A stretch of DNA of 64,000 nucleotides from an uncultured Acidobacteriota bacterium. GTDB lineage: Bacteria; Acidobacteriota; Thermoanaerobaculia; Gp7-AA8. The stretch covers positions 256,001 through 320,000 of the forward strand of contig CAVUKB010000006.1 of assembly GCA_963741955.1 (NCBI GenBank), read 5' to 3'. Position numbers and translations under genes: made by a program. Positions within the stretch are counted from its first letter, which is position 1. Every line of letters begins with the position of its first letter. Under the pieces are notes generated by a model, which searched no databases, was not told where the DNA came from, and worked only from the letters and a program-made list of their open reading frames with translations. This document shows positions 47,237 through 57,723 of the stretch, piece after piece.

Positions 47237-47257
47237 CGGAGGTCGACGGATGCTTTC

Positions 47258-48163
47258 TCAGTGACCCGGAAGATGAGGTGACGGGAGGCTGACCAGAATC
47301 GAGGTGATCGCGAGAACGAGGGCGGCGACGATCAGTTCCGCGGTCGCAGACTTCCTGAGCAGTCGGGTTGCCGGCTCGGCACCGAGCATCGGACGTTGAC
47401 GCCTCCAGTTCCATGCGCCGAGACCGACCACCCCCGCGACGACCACGAGCTTCCCGATCAGCGTCCAGCCGTACGGCGTGGTCCAGAGCGCTGCGACGTA
47501 CTTCAGGTGCAGCCAGGCGGTGGTGATCCCGGACGCCGCCAGTACGGCAGCCGACGTGAGCGCCACCGGCGAAAACGCGTTCACCATCCGCGCACCTGCC
47601 AGTCCACGCGCCTCGGGGGTCAGGCCGCTCCTCGGGATCGAGCCGAGCCCGGCCAGTACCATGATGAACAGCGTCCCGATCCACATCCCTCCCGCCACCA
47701 TGTGAATCGGGTTGGCGAGTCGGTTCCACTGGCCGGTGAACGCGGGACGGAGTGCTTCTGCGACGACCGCGAGACCGGCGAGCCACCATCCCGGCGAGAA
47801 CCGCAGCATCGCGAGAATCAGTCCGACCGCGAGTGCCAGGAGGATCAGAAGCTGAAGCCCGCTCTGCCCCGAGGTGAGTACGTTCGCGATCGTGGTGTGC
47901 TGACGTTCCGCGAGCCCGGGAGCCCTGGTCAGAAACAGCCCCACGGAGACGAGCGCGCCGCAGAGCCCCACCGCCGCGGCACGAAGATTCGCGAGACGGT
48001 GAAGCTCGGCATCCGCACCGCCGGTGGAGACGGGGAGAATCCTCTCCCGCAGCACGGCGAAGCGGAAGCCGACCGCTCCGGTTGCAGCGAAGGATGCGAT
48101 GAAGCCCGCATATGCGACGAAAGGTTCGGTCCAGTCGATCAGGGGTCGACTCTGCAGAATCAA
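47258..48163 (-). CDS. CopD-family copper resistance membrane protein
   Basis: HMVAGGMWIG.L, FSPVA, TTPYG.TL.GK; TTG start after GGAGGAGG. Confidence 0.75.
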   Translation of the reverse strand: MILQSRPLIDWTEPFVAYAGFIASFAATGAVGFRFAVLRERILPVSTGGADAELHRLANLRAAAVGLCGALVSVGLFLTRAPGLAERQHTTIANVLTSGQSGLQLLILLALAVGLILAMLRFSPGWWLAGLAVVAEALRPAFTGQWNRLANPIHMVAGGMWIGTLFIMVLAGLGSIPRSGLTPEARGLAGARMVNAFSPVALTSAAVLAASGITTAWLHLKYVAALWTTPYGWTLIGKLVVVAGVVGLGAWNWRRQRPMLGAEPATRLLRKSATAELIVAALVLAITSILVSLPSPHLPGH

Positions 48164-48338
48164 CTTCAGCCTCCTCCGCCTTTCCCGGACGGCGATATGA
48201 TATGCGATCCGTTCCCGTCGGACCGAGGTCACCCGCCCTCCGGGAGCAACTCCCGTTCCACGGATCCTCGATGCCATCGACCGCGTATATGCTGAGGAGG
48301 TTTTCGTTTCACCCAGGGCGTACCCTCGAGGAAAAACC

Positions 48339-48929
48339 ATGAAGGCTGCCACGCTGCTGCTATGTCTGATGTCGTTTCTCCCCACCGGCGTCGTCGCGCA
48401 GAGGGCCGCGCAGCCTTCCTCCTCCGACGATCGACTCCGGCTCGCAGCCGCCGCACTGGCGCAGGTCGGGATCACCCGTATCTACGATCCGTCATACGTA
48501 CGAATCCCGTATCCCGGCGGCGACGTTCCGCTGGAGAGGGGCGTCTGCGCCGACGTGGTGGTCCGTGCGTTCCGCGCGATCGGCGTGGACCTGCAGGTCG
48601 CGGTACACCAGGACATGATTCGCGCGTTCCACGCCTATCCGCAATCGTGGGGATTGCGAAGACCGGACCCCAACATCGACCATCGCCGAGTGCCGAACCT
48701 GATGCGGTTCTTCGATCGGAAGGGGAAGTCGTTGCCGCTGGATCGCGACTTCCGGCCGGGCGACGTGGTGGCGTGGCGGCTCCCGAACGGCCTCCTTCAC
48801 ATCGGGATGGTCTCTTCCCGAAAAGTGCCGCACGCCGAGCGCTATCAGATGGTGCACAACATCGGGGAGGGTGCACGCCTGGAAGACGTGCTGGAGGAGT
48901 TCACCATCATCGGACATTACCGGTGGTGA
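48339..48929 (+). CDS. DUF1287 family secreted protein
   Basis: YDPSY..I.YPGGDVP..GVC.DVV.RA, NIDHRRVPNL, HNIG.G. Confidence 0.85.
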   Translation: MKAATLLLCLMSFLPTGVVAQRAAQPSSSDDRLRLAAAALAQVGITRIYDPSYVRIPYPGGDVPLERGVCADVVVRAFRAIGVDLQVAVHQDMIRAFHAYPQSWGLRRPDPNIDHRRVPNLMRFFDRKGKSLPLDRDFRPGDVVAWRLPNGLLHIGMVSSRKVPHAERYQMVHNIGEGARLEDVLEEFTIIGHYRW

Positions 48930-48973
48930 GATGAAGCGCCGTCCGGAACACGGCGGCGCTTCACCTGTCCAGG

Positions 48974-49897
48974 TTATCCCTGAATCACGGTCACCTGCTG
49001 CGCGAGATACTGGCCATTGCCGAGGTTCTGCGCCTGGACGCTGATGACGTCTCCACGCTGCAGATTCGTCGGCGTGTAATTCCGGCCCTGGTAGAGAACC
49101 TGGGTGTTGTTGTTGTACTCCACCACGACCGTGCTGCCGTTCGTGTTGGTAGTGAAGCCGTTCCCCCATGAAACCTGATTGAGACCGATGGTATGAGTCG
49201 ACGTGTCGACGTACTGTACGGTCCCCTGCATGGTGTATCCGGTCGTACCGGTGGTCGAGGTCACGCTGCGGAGAACTTCGATCCGCTGCGCTAGGAGCTG
49301 CCCGTTCCCGAGGTTCTGAACGCTCACGCTCACCTGATCGCCCTTCTCCAGGTCGGACGGACGGTAGTTCTGGCCGTTGTAGACGACCGGGGTGTTGTTG
49401 TCGTACTGGACCGTCGTAACGCCGTTGTACGTCCCGTTGTTGATCTGAATGGTCCGGTTCGAGGTGTTCACGTACTGCACGGTGCCCTGAACCTGAGTGG
49501 CGTAGCCTCCCGCCGTCGTTCCACCGCCCGAGATGTCATACGTGACAGTGATTGCATCCGCGACGAGGCGACCGCTCGAGTTCGAGACCGTTGCGTCGAT
49601 CTGGTCGCCCTGTTCGAGATCGGTCGGCCGGTAGTTCTGTCCCTGATAGCTCACTTTGGTCTGATTGTCGTAGTAGACGCGAACGCTGTTCTGGCCATTC
49701 GCGAGGGCCGTCGATGCGTTGGTCAGGAGAATCGACTGGCTGGTCGGATCGACCTGGCTCACCGTTCCGCGCACCTCGTTCGTGGCGTTCGAGGTGCCGC
49801 CGCCGAGAATGTCGCCGATATTCGATGATCCACAGCCGACGAACAGCAGTGTTGCCAGGAAGGCCCCGGCCCATGTGCTCGTCCTTAGAATCTTCAT
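48974..49897 (-). CDS. Lipoprotein with three DUF5666-like repeats
   Basis: Lipobox LFVGC; three GTV..V...Y.GQ/RNY.P..L..GD repeats. Confidence 0.75.
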   Translation of the reverse strand: MKILRTSTWAGAFLATLLFVGCGSSNIGDILGGGTSNATNEVRGTVSQVDPTSQSILLTNASTALANGQNSVRVYYDNQTKVSYQGQNYRPTDLEQGDQIDATVSNSSGRLVADAITVTYDISGGGTTAGGYATQVQGTVQYVNTSNRTIQINNGTYNGVTTVQYDNNTPVVYNGQNYRPSDLEKGDQVSVSVQNLGNGQLLAQRIEVLRSVTSTTGTTGYTMQGTVQYVDTSTHTIGLNQVSWGNGFTTNTNGSTVVVEYNNNTQVLYQGRNYTPTNLQRGDVISVQAQNLGNGQYLAQQVTVIQG

Positions 49898-50105
49898 AGA
49901 AAAACCTCCATTGTTATTCGTATCTTGTGAGCACGAATCATGCCCCGAACCTCCGAAACCTCCCTCGAGACGAGGAGAAGTGTGCCGCTCATCACCGACG
50001 CCGGTCGCACCCGGCACGGTCCTCCCGACCGGGCTGCGATATTTCTCGACACGGTAAAATGACCCGCTCGCCAGACGCCCATCCGGCGAGCTCGAGAGGA
50101 AGCTG

Positions 50106-50720
50106 ATGCCGTCGAGACGTGACACCGAGAGACAGACCCCGCGAGTGATTCTCGAGCAGCCGATCCCGGCCCGGATCGCGGAGATGCGCTGCCTCGTGCT
50201 CGAGCTCGGCCTCGGCGGAGCCAAGCTGGAGCACGAGAAGAGACTGGAAGTGGGCGAGCGCTGCCTCTTCGAGATGGAGTCGATCGCGACAGACACCGTA
50301 GTGCGGCATTCGGTCCTCCTTCCGGCTCAAAGCGGCACCGTCTATCACACCGGGATTTCTTTCGACACACTCACCGAAAATGAAAGACAGCGTGTTTTCG
50401 CCAGGATCATCCGGGAGGCCGAAGTGCAGGTCTCCTCGTGGGAGTCGAATTTATCCGGAGGTCGATCCGCACCGCGACGCCTGAGCACTCGCTCTGCTGC
50501 CATCCAGCAGTTCCTCCGAATCCGGCTCACTCCATCGGGTTGGGATGAAGGCGTCACTCCCGATCCGAATCAGCCGATCGACGGAATTGCGATTCCCGCC
50601 GACACACCGAAGAACGAGATCCAGATGCTGAAGAAGACCTACGCCGCAGCGGACGAGCGGACGCGACTCGCGCTGCGCAATATGGCCATGCTCGCGATCC
50701 TGGAGCGGCTGGAGAAATAG
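50106..50720 (+). CDS. PilZ-like domain protein
   Basis: RQTPR...ELGLGGA degenerate PilZ motifs, TGISF. Confidence 0.55.
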   Translation: MPSRRDTERQTPRVILEQPIPARIAEMRCLVLELGLGGAKLEHEKRLEVGERCLFEMESIATDTVVRHSVLLPAQSGTVYHTGISFDTLTENERQRVFARIIREAEVQVSSWESNLSGGRSAPRRLSTRSAAIQQFLRIRLTPSGWDEGVTPDPNQPIDGIAIPADTPKNEIQMLKKTYAAADERTRLALRNMAMLAILERLEK

Positions 50721-50796
50721 GAGCCTGCGCGACGGAAATGCCGTCGGTGGCGTAGTGTTGCCTGAAACCTTTGCATCTGGTTATGGGCGCCGACGA

Positions 50797-53070
50797 TCAC
50801 CAGTGATAGCGGGCGCGGACGTACTCGACGTGTCCGGTGTAGTCGCCCTGGTTCGCGTCGATCAGGAACATCCCCGGAAAGTAGTTCTGGCGAACGTATT
50901 CATTCCAGACCGGGCTCGCATCGTAGCGCTCGATCCATCCGCCGAAGACGACGTCCCACACCTCGGTCGCGTGAAGCGTCAGATCCACCGTGAGCCGCGC
51001 GAGCTTCGAATCGTCGAACCGGGGGATGTCTGCGGCCGGAATGGTTTCTTCGGCGGAATCGAGAAGCATCGCCGAATCCGTTCGCTCGAAGAGTTGAGAG
51101 ACGTTGACGTCGAGGCGTTCGGGCAGAATGGTCGCCGTCAGCCCGCCCCCGAACGAGAGGACATCGTCGTTCTCCCGTGCGATCCATTCCGCTGATGGAG
51201 CCGCGGCGCTTCCGAGCGCGCTCTCGACTCCGTTCTGCGTCGCATCGATGGAGTCCCTCGAGACGAATCCCCAGACGTTCCATCGCTCGCCGGGGGCCCA
51301 GTCGGCGTCGAGCGACAGCGCCGAGCTCGAGCTCCGAGAAAGTCCGAAGCGTGTTTGCGGATAGTCCTCACGAGCTCCGGTATATCCGAGCGTGACGTCG
51401 AGATCGCCCGAAGGTGGCGTGAGCTGGAGAAGCGCGTTCCACCGCGTGAGATCTCGCTCGGCGAGATCGAACGGCTGCACCCCGTCTGGATTCCGGAACG
51501 CGAGCGGTACGGGACCGACGAAGCTCGCCCCTTCTCCGGTGTTCTGGAGGTCTGACCCCGCGCTCCGGCTCCCGCGCTCGAAACCGGTGCGGAGCGCGAT
51601 CCACCCGCCCGTACGAAGATCCGCCCCGATGCGCCAGGTGTTCTCGGTCGAGCTCTTGACGTCCCGGAAATCGCGCCGTAACGATTCCGATCGAAACCCG
51701 GTCTCGAGGGTCACCGGGCCGGCGTCGTAGCTGATCTCGTTGTCCCAACGGTTCCTTCGCCATCCGTACGGGACGGAGATCCGCGCCACGGGAACCCATT
51801 CGGAGTCGAAGCTCGCATAGCCGGGAAACGTGATTCTGTCGGTTGCGTTCGAGAGATCGTAATCGCGGAAACGGCTGGTGATGGATCGGCCCTTGACCGG
51901 CCGGCTGGTGAAGACGACCGCGAGTGACTGCGTGTCGATCCGGCCACCGAGGCTGGGAGCCGGAAGCTTCGAGAGATCGGTCGCGTCGAATGGTGCTCCG
52001 ATCGCGGAGTTGGTGGTGTACGCGATGAACGGGACGTCCTGCGTCCATCGGCCGGCCGTCACGTCTGCGGTCAGGCGCGACCGCAGCGGAAGCTTGAGCA
52101 CTACTCCGGCGCCCGCGGTAAGTGCCTGGTTGTCGGGGGCGAGCGAGATCCGGCCGGTCGGCGGTCCATCGATGGAGTCCGGACCCGGAGCGAGGATCGC
52201 ATCGGGTCCGCTCGAATCGGAAACGCGGAACGGGTTGTCGAACCGGTAGCTGATCACCACGTCCGCGAAATCGTCGTAACGGAAGGACCCGTGGAGAAGC
52301 CCCGACCGGAACGGAACTTCGATTGTGGCGCTCAGGTCGATGGTCTTGTTGTCGATCGGTTCGGCGGTCTCCACCGCGTTCTCGAGCCCGAAGGAGGTCC
52401 CCGCGGCGCGGGTTCCGCTGCGGTTGATCTCGAAGTAGGTCGCCTGAAGATCGACCGGTGAGTCGGGGGTGGTCTGAAGCGAGAATTGCCCGTGCTTGCG
52501 GTCGAGCGCGAGGTCGATCGGAGGCGTGGCATTGAGCGACGGCGCGACGAGGTCGCGGAAAAATCCGTAGTCGACGCTTCCGGGATCGGCAACGAACTGC
52601 CGGGCAATCACTTCCTGAAAAGTCTGTTGCAGAGTGTCGCTGATCTCCAGCTTGTCACGTGTGGTCTGTGACTCGAGAGAGTGTCCGTTGAATCCGAAGT
52701 GATGAGGGATCCGGTTCGCGTCGACGTCGACGCGGAAGACGCTGAACCCGAGTCCGAGCCGGAGCCGGCGGTCGTGTGCGGTGAGGTCGGTTCCTTCCAC
52801 TGAATAGCGGATGCCGTCTCGCCCCTGAACGAAAAGGAGAGGAAGGACGCTTCCGTCCGGAACGTCGGCGTACTCGGTGAACTTCGCCGATCCTTCTCCG
52901 TCTCCGTCACCCTTCACCCCGGCGGAGTCGAGACCTACGGCCTGTACACCGATGTCGATCAGGCCGGTCTGGAAATCCTTCGACGGCTCCGGTGGAGACG
53001 CCGGCGTCGTCTGGGCGCTCACCGTCGCGGTGACCAGAAGTGCGAGCAGACCGGCCGTGACTCTGATCAT
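50797..53070 (-). CDS. MtrB/PioB-family decaheme-associated outer membrane beta-barrel
   Basis: Signal peptide, KFTEY.DVP, LAPDN, C-terminal aromatic RYHW; immediately downstream of a decaheme gene. Confidence 0.85.
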   Translation of the reverse strand: MIRVTAGLLALLVTATVSAQTTPASPPEPSKDFQTGLIDIGVQAVGLDSAGVKGDGDGEGSAKFTEYADVPDGSVLPLLFVQGRDGIRYSVEGTDLTAHDRRLRLGLGFSVFRVDVDANRIPHHFGFNGHSLESQTTRDKLEISDTLQQTFQEVIARQFVADPGSVDYGFFRDLVAPSLNATPPIDLALDRKHGQFSLQTTPDSPVDLQATYFEINRSGTRAAGTSFGLENAVETAEPIDNKTIDLSATIEVPFRSGLLHGSFRYDDFADVVISYRFDNPFRVSDSSGPDAILAPGPDSIDGPPTGRISLAPDNQALTAGAGVVLKLPLRSRLTADVTAGRWTQDVPFIAYTTNSAIGAPFDATDLSKLPAPSLGGRIDTQSLAVVFTSRPVKGRSITSRFRDYDLSNATDRITFPGYASFDSEWVPVARISVPYGWRRNRWDNEISYDAGPVTLETGFRSESLRRDFRDVKSSTENTWRIGADLRTGGWIALRTGFERGSRSAGSDLQNTGEGASFVGPVPLAFRNPDGVQPFDLAERDLTRWNALLQLTPPSGDLDVTLGYTGAREDYPQTRFGLSRSSSSALSLDADWAPGERWNVWGFVSRDSIDATQNGVESALGSAAAPSAEWIARENDDVLSFGGGLTATILPERLDVNVSQLFERTDSAMLLDSAEETIPAADIPRFDDSKLARLTVDLTLHATEVWDVVFGGWIERYDASPVWNEYVRQNYFPGMFLIDANQGDYTGHVEYVRARYHW

Positions 53071-53083
53071 CGGAATACGTCCT

Positions 53084-54004
53084 TCACCGCCCCAGGTACG
53101 GCCCGGAGGGAGCGTTCGACCCGTGAATGTTCTGATGGCAGTTCATGCACGCTCGCCCGATCATCCGGTTCGACGGACGCGCTCCGCGTATGGTCGACTG
53201 GAATCCGGAGAGAGTGCTCGGGTGATCCGGTTCGAGATGGCACCGCTGACAGAGAAACGGAGGGCGCGCCACGAGAAGTCGGTCATGGACCGATCCGTGC
53301 GGGGTGTGGCAGAGAAGACAGTTCTCGCCGACCGGTGCATGCTCCCAGAGAAAAGGTCCGCGCATGTCGGTATGGCAGCGGTCGCAGAGCTCGTTCACCG
53401 AGTCGGCCTTCAGCAGGTGAGGGCGTGTCGCGTCATGGACGTCGTGACAGCTCGAGCACTCGAGCTTCCCTTCGCGGATCGGATGGTGACTGGTACGCAT
53501 GCTCTGCGCCCGAACGGAGGGATGGCAGCGATAACACGTCTCCCGTTCCGTCGGCGCGTCGAGTGCCGCCCGCACCGACTTCGGATCGTGAACCGAATGG
53601 CAGCTGGTACATGAGAGTCCTCTGCGCTGGTGGATGCTGCCGCTCCAGTGGGCCCGGCTTCGCCGGTCGTGGCACTGAAGACAGGTCCGGTCGACTGCGT
53701 CCGGCGGCGCGGAACGGAGCGACTCCATGGACGCAGATTGCTCGCCCTCCTGTTCGGCGCGAGCGTGGGCCGCCACGTCACCGTGACATCGAGCGCAGCT
53801 CGCAACGAGCTCCGCGTGGGGCGTCCGGTCGAAGTGCGTGAGGGCGGCGGCGTGGCACTGGCGGCAGGTCGCTTCGTCGAAATCGATCTGGTGAAGCGAA
53901 CCACTCCCCTCCGCCCCGGAGCGAGGATGCGCGAAGGCAATGCCTCCGGCGGCGGTCAGCATGAACAGCATGGCGGCGACGATAGCCGCGTGGAGACGGC
54001 GCAC
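53084..54004 (-). CDS. MtrA/DmsE-family periplasmic decaheme cytochrome c
   Basis: Ten CxxCH, RGPFLWEHAPV, CMNCHQNIHGSNAPSG. Confidence 0.92.
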   Translation of the reverse strand: MRRLHAAIVAAMLFMLTAAGGIAFAHPRSGAEGSGSLHQIDFDEATCRQCHAAALTHFDRTPHAELVASCARCHGDVAAHARAEQEGEQSASMESLRSAPPDAVDRTCLQCHDRRSRAHWSGSIHQRRGLSCTSCHSVHDPKSVRAALDAPTERETCYRCHPSVRAQSMRTSHHPIREGKLECSSCHDVHDATRPHLLKADSVNELCDRCHTDMRGPFLWEHAPVGENCLLCHTPHGSVHDRLLVARPPFLCQRCHLEPDHPSTLSGFQSTIRGARPSNRMIGRACMNCHQNIHGSNAPSGPYLGR

Positions 54005-54025
54005 AGAACCTCCCGACCGGAGCGC

Positions 54026-54256
54026 TCACACCATGGATCGAACTGCGGGAATCCGAATGACGCGCGAGGTTACCACAGCACCACCCCGGGAAGAGGCGGT
54101 CGCTGGCGGGGAGGGAGTGACCCAGGAATCTGCGCGGCCACGGCGGGAGCCGTAGCGCCCCTCGGAGAGGGGATCCTTCGCTGCCCAGCAAGCTCGTGCC
54201 GACTCCCGGCTGACACGCGGATTTTGCTCGAGTTCGGGCCATTGGGGCTGGCTCAT
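54026..54256 (-). CDS. Small hypothetical protein
   Basis: ATGA overlap with the upstream small ORF only; no motif. Confidence 0.25.
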   Translation of the reverse strand: MSQPQWPELEQNPRVSRESARACWAAKDPLSEGRYGSRRGRADSWVTPSPPATASSRGGAVVTSRVIRIPAVRSMV

Positions 54257-54435
54257 AGCTCTTCGTCCGGATCCTCCTGGCGAAGAGGTTGTCCCGGCTT
54301 GCGGAAGGGATCGCGTCTCCGTTGCGGCGCTTCTTCGTCCTCCTCGCCCCATGGATCGAAATCGATCTCCTTCGTCTTCTCCATGAACTCCAACTCGCGT
54401 GCGTCGCGGGTCTCGTCGTTTCTCCTATTGGCCAT
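54253..54435 (-). CDS. Small acidic hypothetical protein
   Basis: MANRRNDETRDARELEFMEK...; GGAG upstream; coding-like codon pattern. Confidence 0.5.
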   Translation of the reverse strand: MANRRNDETRDARELEFMEKTKEIDFDPWGEEDEEAPQRRRDPFRKPGQPLRQEDPDEEL

Positions 54436-54648
54436 CGAGGGTCTCCAGTGAAGCTTCATTGCGGGCTCGCCCGTACCCTCGCTTCAGAGCAACCGCCGCG
54501 CCAAAAAGGCGAGAAAAGGTAAAGAGTCGACGGTTGCCTCGTACCGCTCGTCATGCAGGCGTGGGAGCGTCGCGAGCGATTCACCGAGCGGTCGGAGAGC
54601 CGCCGGCGTTGACAACCCCAGGTGTTTCTCCTACGTTTGCGGCGCGCC

Positions 54649-55692
54649 ATGCCCGACATTGCGGAGGATCCGGAACCGAAGCCACGCCGTTCCCGCTTCC
54701 TCTCCGGGATCGGCCGTCCGTACCTCTTCGAGATCGTAATCCTGATCCAGCTCCTCCTGTTCGAGCTGATGCAGATCTCGAGCGGTTTTCTGCTCAGTTC
54801 CCAGCTTGTGCTCATCGCAATCCGCGAATTCGTCCCGGCCACTCTGCTGGATGCCGCAGCGGGCGTTCTTCTCCACATCGGCTGGTCGGCCTTTCGTGGA
54901 CGGGGACGCGAGTATCTGAGGACGGTCTTCAGCGGGAAGTGGCTCCTTCTGACGGCGCGGATCATGTTCGCGGAAACCCTCATGATCTACACGTACGGAT
55001 GGATCAAGCTGCTCCTTCCTCTGACCCGCGACCGGTGGTTCGACGCGCAGCTGTGGCAGGCCGACCGGATCGTGTTCGGCGGGATGTCGCCGAACGTCCT
55101 CTTCCTGACGCTCTTCTCCTGGCCGCCGTTCCTGCGATTGGTCGACCTGAGCTACGGTTATCTCTTCTTCACCGCTTTGACCGTCTCTACCGCACTCTTC
55201 CTCAGTCTTCGCTCCGAGCGGCTGCGTGTCGCCTTCGCCACCGGAAGCATCGCCCTCTGGAGCGTCTCGGCATGGCTCTACTACCTGGTCCCTTCGATGG
55301 GGCCGGCGTACCGGTTCGGTGACGTCTGGTTCGCGTACGAGAAGTATCTCCCGGTGACGCGTTCGCTCCAGCACGCGCTCCTCCGAAGTTTTCTCGGGGT
55401 GCTGAAGCTGCGCGAGCACGTCATCGATCCCGCCGTCCGTTTCACTTTCGGGATCGCCGCGTTTCCCAGCCTCCACGTCGGTTTCACGACGTTCGTGGCC
55501 TTATGGATCGGGGTCTTCTCGCGGCGGATGGGACTCCTCGCCGGCCTGGTCGCGGCGATGATCTTCGTCGGTTCGGTGATCACCGGATGGCACTACTTCA
55601 TCGACTCGCTGGCCGGAGCGGTGCTCGGAGTGCTCTGCTTCGCGTGGACGTACCGGATGTACCGTATCGGCGAGGTCGAGACGCGCGACTGA
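54649..55692 (+). CDS. PAP2 superfamily membrane phosphoesterase/phosphotransferase (Aur1-like)
   Basis: PSMGP, AAFPSLHV, WHYFID motifs; multi-TM. Confidence 0.8.
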   Translation: MPDIAEDPEPKPRRSRFLSGIGRPYLFEIVILIQLLLFELMQISSGFLLSSQLVLIAIREFVPATLLDAAAGVLLHIGWSAFRGRGREYLRTVFSGKWLLLTARIMFAETLMIYTYGWIKLLLPLTRDRWFDAQLWQADRIVFGGMSPNVLFLTLFSWPPFLRLVDLSYGYLFFTALTVSTALFLSLRSERLRVAFATGSIALWSVSAWLYYLVPSMGPAYRFGDVWFAYEKYLPVTRSLQHALLRSFLGVLKLREHVIDPAVRFTFGIAAFPSLHVGFTTFVALWIGVFSRRMGLLAGLVAAMIFVGSVITGWHYFIDSLAGAVLGVLCFAWTYRMYRIGEVETRD

Positions 55693-56789
55693 AGCGGAGG
55701 CCGCGCGCTGCGAAGGACGATGCGCAGAATCTCGTTCGGTGCCCACAGCCGCATCCGCGGCCCCCACGTTCCGGTTCCCCGACAGACGATGACGGTCGTC
55801 GGCCCCGCCTCGTAGCGTCCGGCGGAATACGGATACGCCATCCGGACGAAGAGGCCGAATGGCCAGATCTGTCCCCCGTGTGTATGTCCTGCGAGCATCA
55901 GACCGACCCCGGAAGCCGCGGCCGTGTCGACCTGGGCCGGGATGTGCGAGAGGAGAATGACCGCCGCGGGGTGCGGCCGTCCTTCGAGTGCGCGCGAGAC
56001 GTCGCCACGTCCCGGCTGCGGCCGGTGGCCCGGATTGTCGACCCCTGCGATCACCAATCCCGGCGCTGCCTCGCCCCACTGATCTCTCAGCCACCGGATT
56101 CCCGCCGCGCGCATCAACTCGTCCGTTTCACCACCCGCGTGACGTTCGTGATTTCCCGGCACGGCCCACACGCCGAGCGGCGCGCGCAGTCTCCGTAGTG
56201 AACGGAGAAGCTCTTCTTCGGCCGGACCGTCTCCCTCCACCACATCACCGGCGAGCGCGATGAGATCGGGACGGAGTGCGTTCACCTCTGCCACTCTTCG
56301 CCCGAGCCATCTCTCTCCGGTGAGCGTTCCCAGATGCAGATCGGAAATGGCGACCACCACCATCCCATCCCTCTCGGGCGGAAGATCCTTCATCCAGACT
56401 TCGTAATCCCGGACCACCGGCGGACGGATCGCATTCAGGGTGGCGACGAGCGCGAGGACGACCGTCGCGATCAGCGCGGTCGTGCGCGCCGCATTCACGC
56501 GACTGCGAAGGAGGAAACCGAAGCCGGTGATCAGATCGGCAATGAAGAACATCGCTACGGCGATGAGGAGAAATCCCATCCACTCGACGCCGATCCATTC
56601 CAGAGCGACGGCGCTCAACCCGCGGCTCTCGAGAATGCGCGCAACGAGCCAGGCCGAACCGAGGACGACGCCGGCGACTGCGGTGATCCGGAGAGAGACG
56701 CGGGATCGAATTCCGCGGACGCTGTGGATTCTCGCGAGTACGTAGACGTTCATCAGCGTCCAGACGGCGAGTGCAACGAGAATGAACAT
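55593..56789 (-). CDS. Membrane-anchored metallophosphoesterase (YkuE-like)
   Basis: SDLHLG, GDVVE, GNHE, LSH, GHTHGGQ, GTWGPRMR. Confidence 0.88.
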   Translation of the reverse strand: MFILVALAVWTLMNVYVLARIHSVRGIRSRVSLRITAVAGVVLGSAWLVARILESRGLSAVALEWIGVEWMGFLLIAVAMFFIADLITGFGFLLRSRVNAARTTALIATVVLALVATLNAIRPPVVRDYEVWMKDLPPERDGMVVVAISDLHLGTLTGERWLGRRVAEVNALRPDLIALAGDVVEGDGPAEEELLRSLRRLRAPLGVWAVPGNHERHAGGETDELMRAAGIRWLRDQWGEAAPGLVIAGVDNPGHRPQPGRGDVSRALEGRPHPAAVILLSHIPAQVDTAAASGVGLMLAGHTHGGQIWPFGLFVRMAYPYSAGRYEAGPTTVIVCRGTGTWGPRMRLWAPNEILRIVLRSARPPLQSRVSTSPIRYIRYVHAKQSTPSTAPASESMK

Positions 56790-56997
56790 GCCGCGCGTAT
56801 GGTGACACCGTACCCGAGCGGAGGATGTGCCCGCGGGCACAACATTGCGGTTCGAGGCATCCTCGTCGGGACGTGACAATCTTTGCGCTCGACAGACGTC
56901 CGCGCCGGCTTTACCTATGAGAGTAGTTCGCACGGCGTGATCGAATTCCGGATGGCGGCCGCTCCGGAGTCCGGCGCCTGCTATCCGGGAGCATCCT

Positions 56998-57714
56998 ATG
57001 CAAACTGCGATCTTCTTACGTCGCGTGCAGCAGCTGGGTGGATTGCCAGACTCCACTACGGCACTCGCATGGTCCACCGCAGTCGTCTCGATGCTCGCGT
57101 CGGAGCTCGAAGACGCCGCCATGAGGGATCACTTCGTGTCGCAACTTCCCGCCGCGATCGGATACGCGCTCCTTCATCCCTCCAACGATTCACCCGGCGC
57201 GGGGGAGCCGTTCCGCTCCAGCGCTTCGGGCGCGCGCTCGAGATCGGAAGAAGAACATCCACTGCGGGTGGTGTGGAAGGTTCTCGGGGAGACGATCTCA
57301 CCCGGAGAGATCCTCCATCTCAAGAGCCATCTTCCATCGGACGTCGTGGAGCGGCTGGACCGTTTCGAACGGGAAGCTTCCGAAGAGGAGGAAGAGATCG
57401 TCTCCGCACTCAACGACACCAGAATGGAACGCGACGGCAAAAGCAGTTCGTCGGCGGCCGCCGTGTCACTCGGAGACTTCGACACGCGCTGGTACTTCGC
57501 GGAAGAAGCGGTGGACGAAACGGGCGAACCGACCTCGTTGCTCGGTCTCGCGGAACCGTCGGCCGCGGGGCTCGGAGTCTCCTATCGTGACGGCGAGCCA
57601 CTCGAGCCGGGCGAACATCGAAACCTCGATCGGTGGGAGCTCGACCCCGCGTCCGCGGAGGATTACCGGAGACGCCCCGTTTCTGCGAGGCGCCCCCGGC
57701 GGATCGATCACTGA
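56998..57714 (+). CDS. DUF2267-like protein with acidic C-terminal extension
   Basis: FLRRVQ..GGL, SQLP, ISPGEI..LKSHLP. Confidence 0.5.
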   Translation: MQTAIFLRRVQQLGGLPDSTTALAWSTAVVSMLASELEDAAMRDHFVSQLPAAIGYALLHPSNDSPGAGEPFRSSASGARSRSEEEHPLRVVWKVLGETISPGEILHLKSHLPSDVVERLDRFEREASEEEEEIVSALNDTRMERDGKSSSSAAAVSLGDFDTRWYFAEEAVDETGEPTSLLGLAEPSAAGLGVSYRDGEPLEPGEHRNLDRWELDPASAEDYRRRPVSARRPRRIDH

Positions 57715-57723
57715 AGCTGCGAA

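Noticed and set aside
48974-49780. Internal triplicated sequence
   Set aside because: It is explained by three DUF5666-like protein repeats
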